A stretch of DNA of 43,410 nt from Candidatus Thalassarchaeaceae archaeon (GTDB lineage Archaea > Thermoplasmatota > Poseidoniia > Poseidoniales > Thalassarchaeaceae). This document shows positions 42,929 to 43,410 of the stretch, one piece after another. The translations under genes were made by a program, and so were the position numbers. Each line of letters begins with the position of its first letter. Position 1 is the stretch's first letter. Location of the stretch: positions 1 through 43,410 of the forward strand of contig JAPYUB010000002.1 of NCBI GenBank assembly GCA_029942125.1. The letters run 5' to 3'. The notes below the pieces were generated by a model. That model ran no database searches. It was not told the DNA's origin and saw nothing but the letters and a program-made list of their open reading frames with translations.

Positions 42929-43410
42929 TGTGCTTCTTGCGGTCAGGCCGGACACAATGTGCGAACCTGTCCCGACGTCCATCCAGAATCTGCAGAACGC
43001 CGGATTTCAAGAGTGAAGAACAGATTTACTCGCGCCTGTACGAGTTGTGGCGAGAAGGGACACAACATTCAGACCTGCGAACAGGTGAATCCCAAAGGGG
43101 CTGAACGACGAGCTGAACGAGAGAACGGCCCCCGGAGGGATGGGCGTCGGGTGTGCAGTGCTTGCGGGGTTGTTGGGCACAACACGCGAACTTGTTCTGT
43201 CTTGAACCCAGAGAAAGCGAAAAAGAAACGGCGCAAAGGCCTGCGCCTATGCTCTCATTGTGAGGCCCACGGACACAACATCCAGACTTGTCCCATTCTG
43301 CATCCTGAAAGAGTCGTGAGTCGGAAGAAGAGAGTTGACGGAGATCGAGTTTGCTCGGCTTGCGGACAAGTGGGCCACAATCTTCGCACTTGTCCCTCGA
43401 TCAATCCATC
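42929..43410 (+). CDS. CCHC zinc-knuckle repeat protein, partial (runs off the right edge); 5' end apparently frameshifted
   Basis: Absent from the track because it has no stop in the window. Frame 2 is open from ATG 42929 to the window end and encodes four C-x2-C-x4-H-x4-C knuckles:
- CTSCGEKGHNIQTC at 43037..43078
- CSACGVVGHNTRTC at 43154..43195
- CSHCEAHGHNIQTC at 43250..43291
- CSACGQVGHNLRTC at 43352..43393

A fifth perfect knuckle, CASCGQAGHNVRTC (42930..42971), lies upstream in frame 0. Confidence 0.65.

Noticed and set aside
1-43410. CRISPR arrays, IS elements, transposases, integrases, toxin-antitoxin pairs and restriction-modification genes.
   Set aside because: I found no regularly spaced short direct repeats and no recognisable transposase, integrase, Cas or methylase motifs in any ORF. 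The only long exact repeat is the intragenic ACP duplication.

Overview
The window looks like a densely coding archaeal chromosome segment: about 34 CDS, one tRNA and one probable structured ncRNA. The archaeal assignment rests on fibrillarin, Nop5, TFS, PCNA, Orc1/Cdc6 with an adjacent AT-rich origin candidate, and a TBP-fold protein. The many bacterial-type metabolic genes and a giant secreted surface protein suggest an uncultured marine planktonic euryarchaeote (Marine Group II/III-like), but that is inference only.

The main finding is a tightly packed minus-strand operon at 6860..16751, possibly translationally coupled up to 19055. It encodes a FabI-type enoyl reductase, a 2763-aa type I PKS/PUFA-synthase-like megasynthase (KS, malonyl-AT, degenerate ACP-like, second KS, two ACPs, KR, DH) and an Sfp-type phosphopantetheinyl transferase. 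Together these supply every activity of an iterative acyl-carrier-dependent fatty-acyl/polyketide synthase, machinery archaea are generally thought to lack. Three details are unusual:
- Both ACP copies carry Thr instead of the invariant phosphopantetheine-accepting Ser.
- The two ACPs are encoded by a 206-bp repeat that is 100 percent identical at the DNA level.
- The second KS sits in the middle of the protein.

Possibly related genes lie elsewhere in the window: a fused PPAT / DUF359-type dephospho-CoA kinase (the last two CoA steps in one polypeptide), biotin carboxylase, a hotdog acyl-CoA thioesterase, a CysJ-like FAD/NADPH reductase and an MsbA-like ABC exporter.

Other notable items:
- A GC-rich, ORF-poor 350-bp block tiled by four nested helices, a likely ncRNA that I could not classify by eye.
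- An oriC candidate with a 16-bp TTCCA..TGGAA palindrome next to orc1/cdc6.
- A second spacer carrying an exact TTCCAGTGGAA ORB-core-like dyad, bracketed by an 11-bp inverted repeat and lying between two winged-helix genes.
- A partial gene with five CCHC zinc knuckles, the first in a different reading frame (apparent -1 frameshift).
- Bacterial-style hairpin terminators.

I saw no CRISPR array, transposase or integrase. All product calls come from reading motifs in the translations; no database search was possible.
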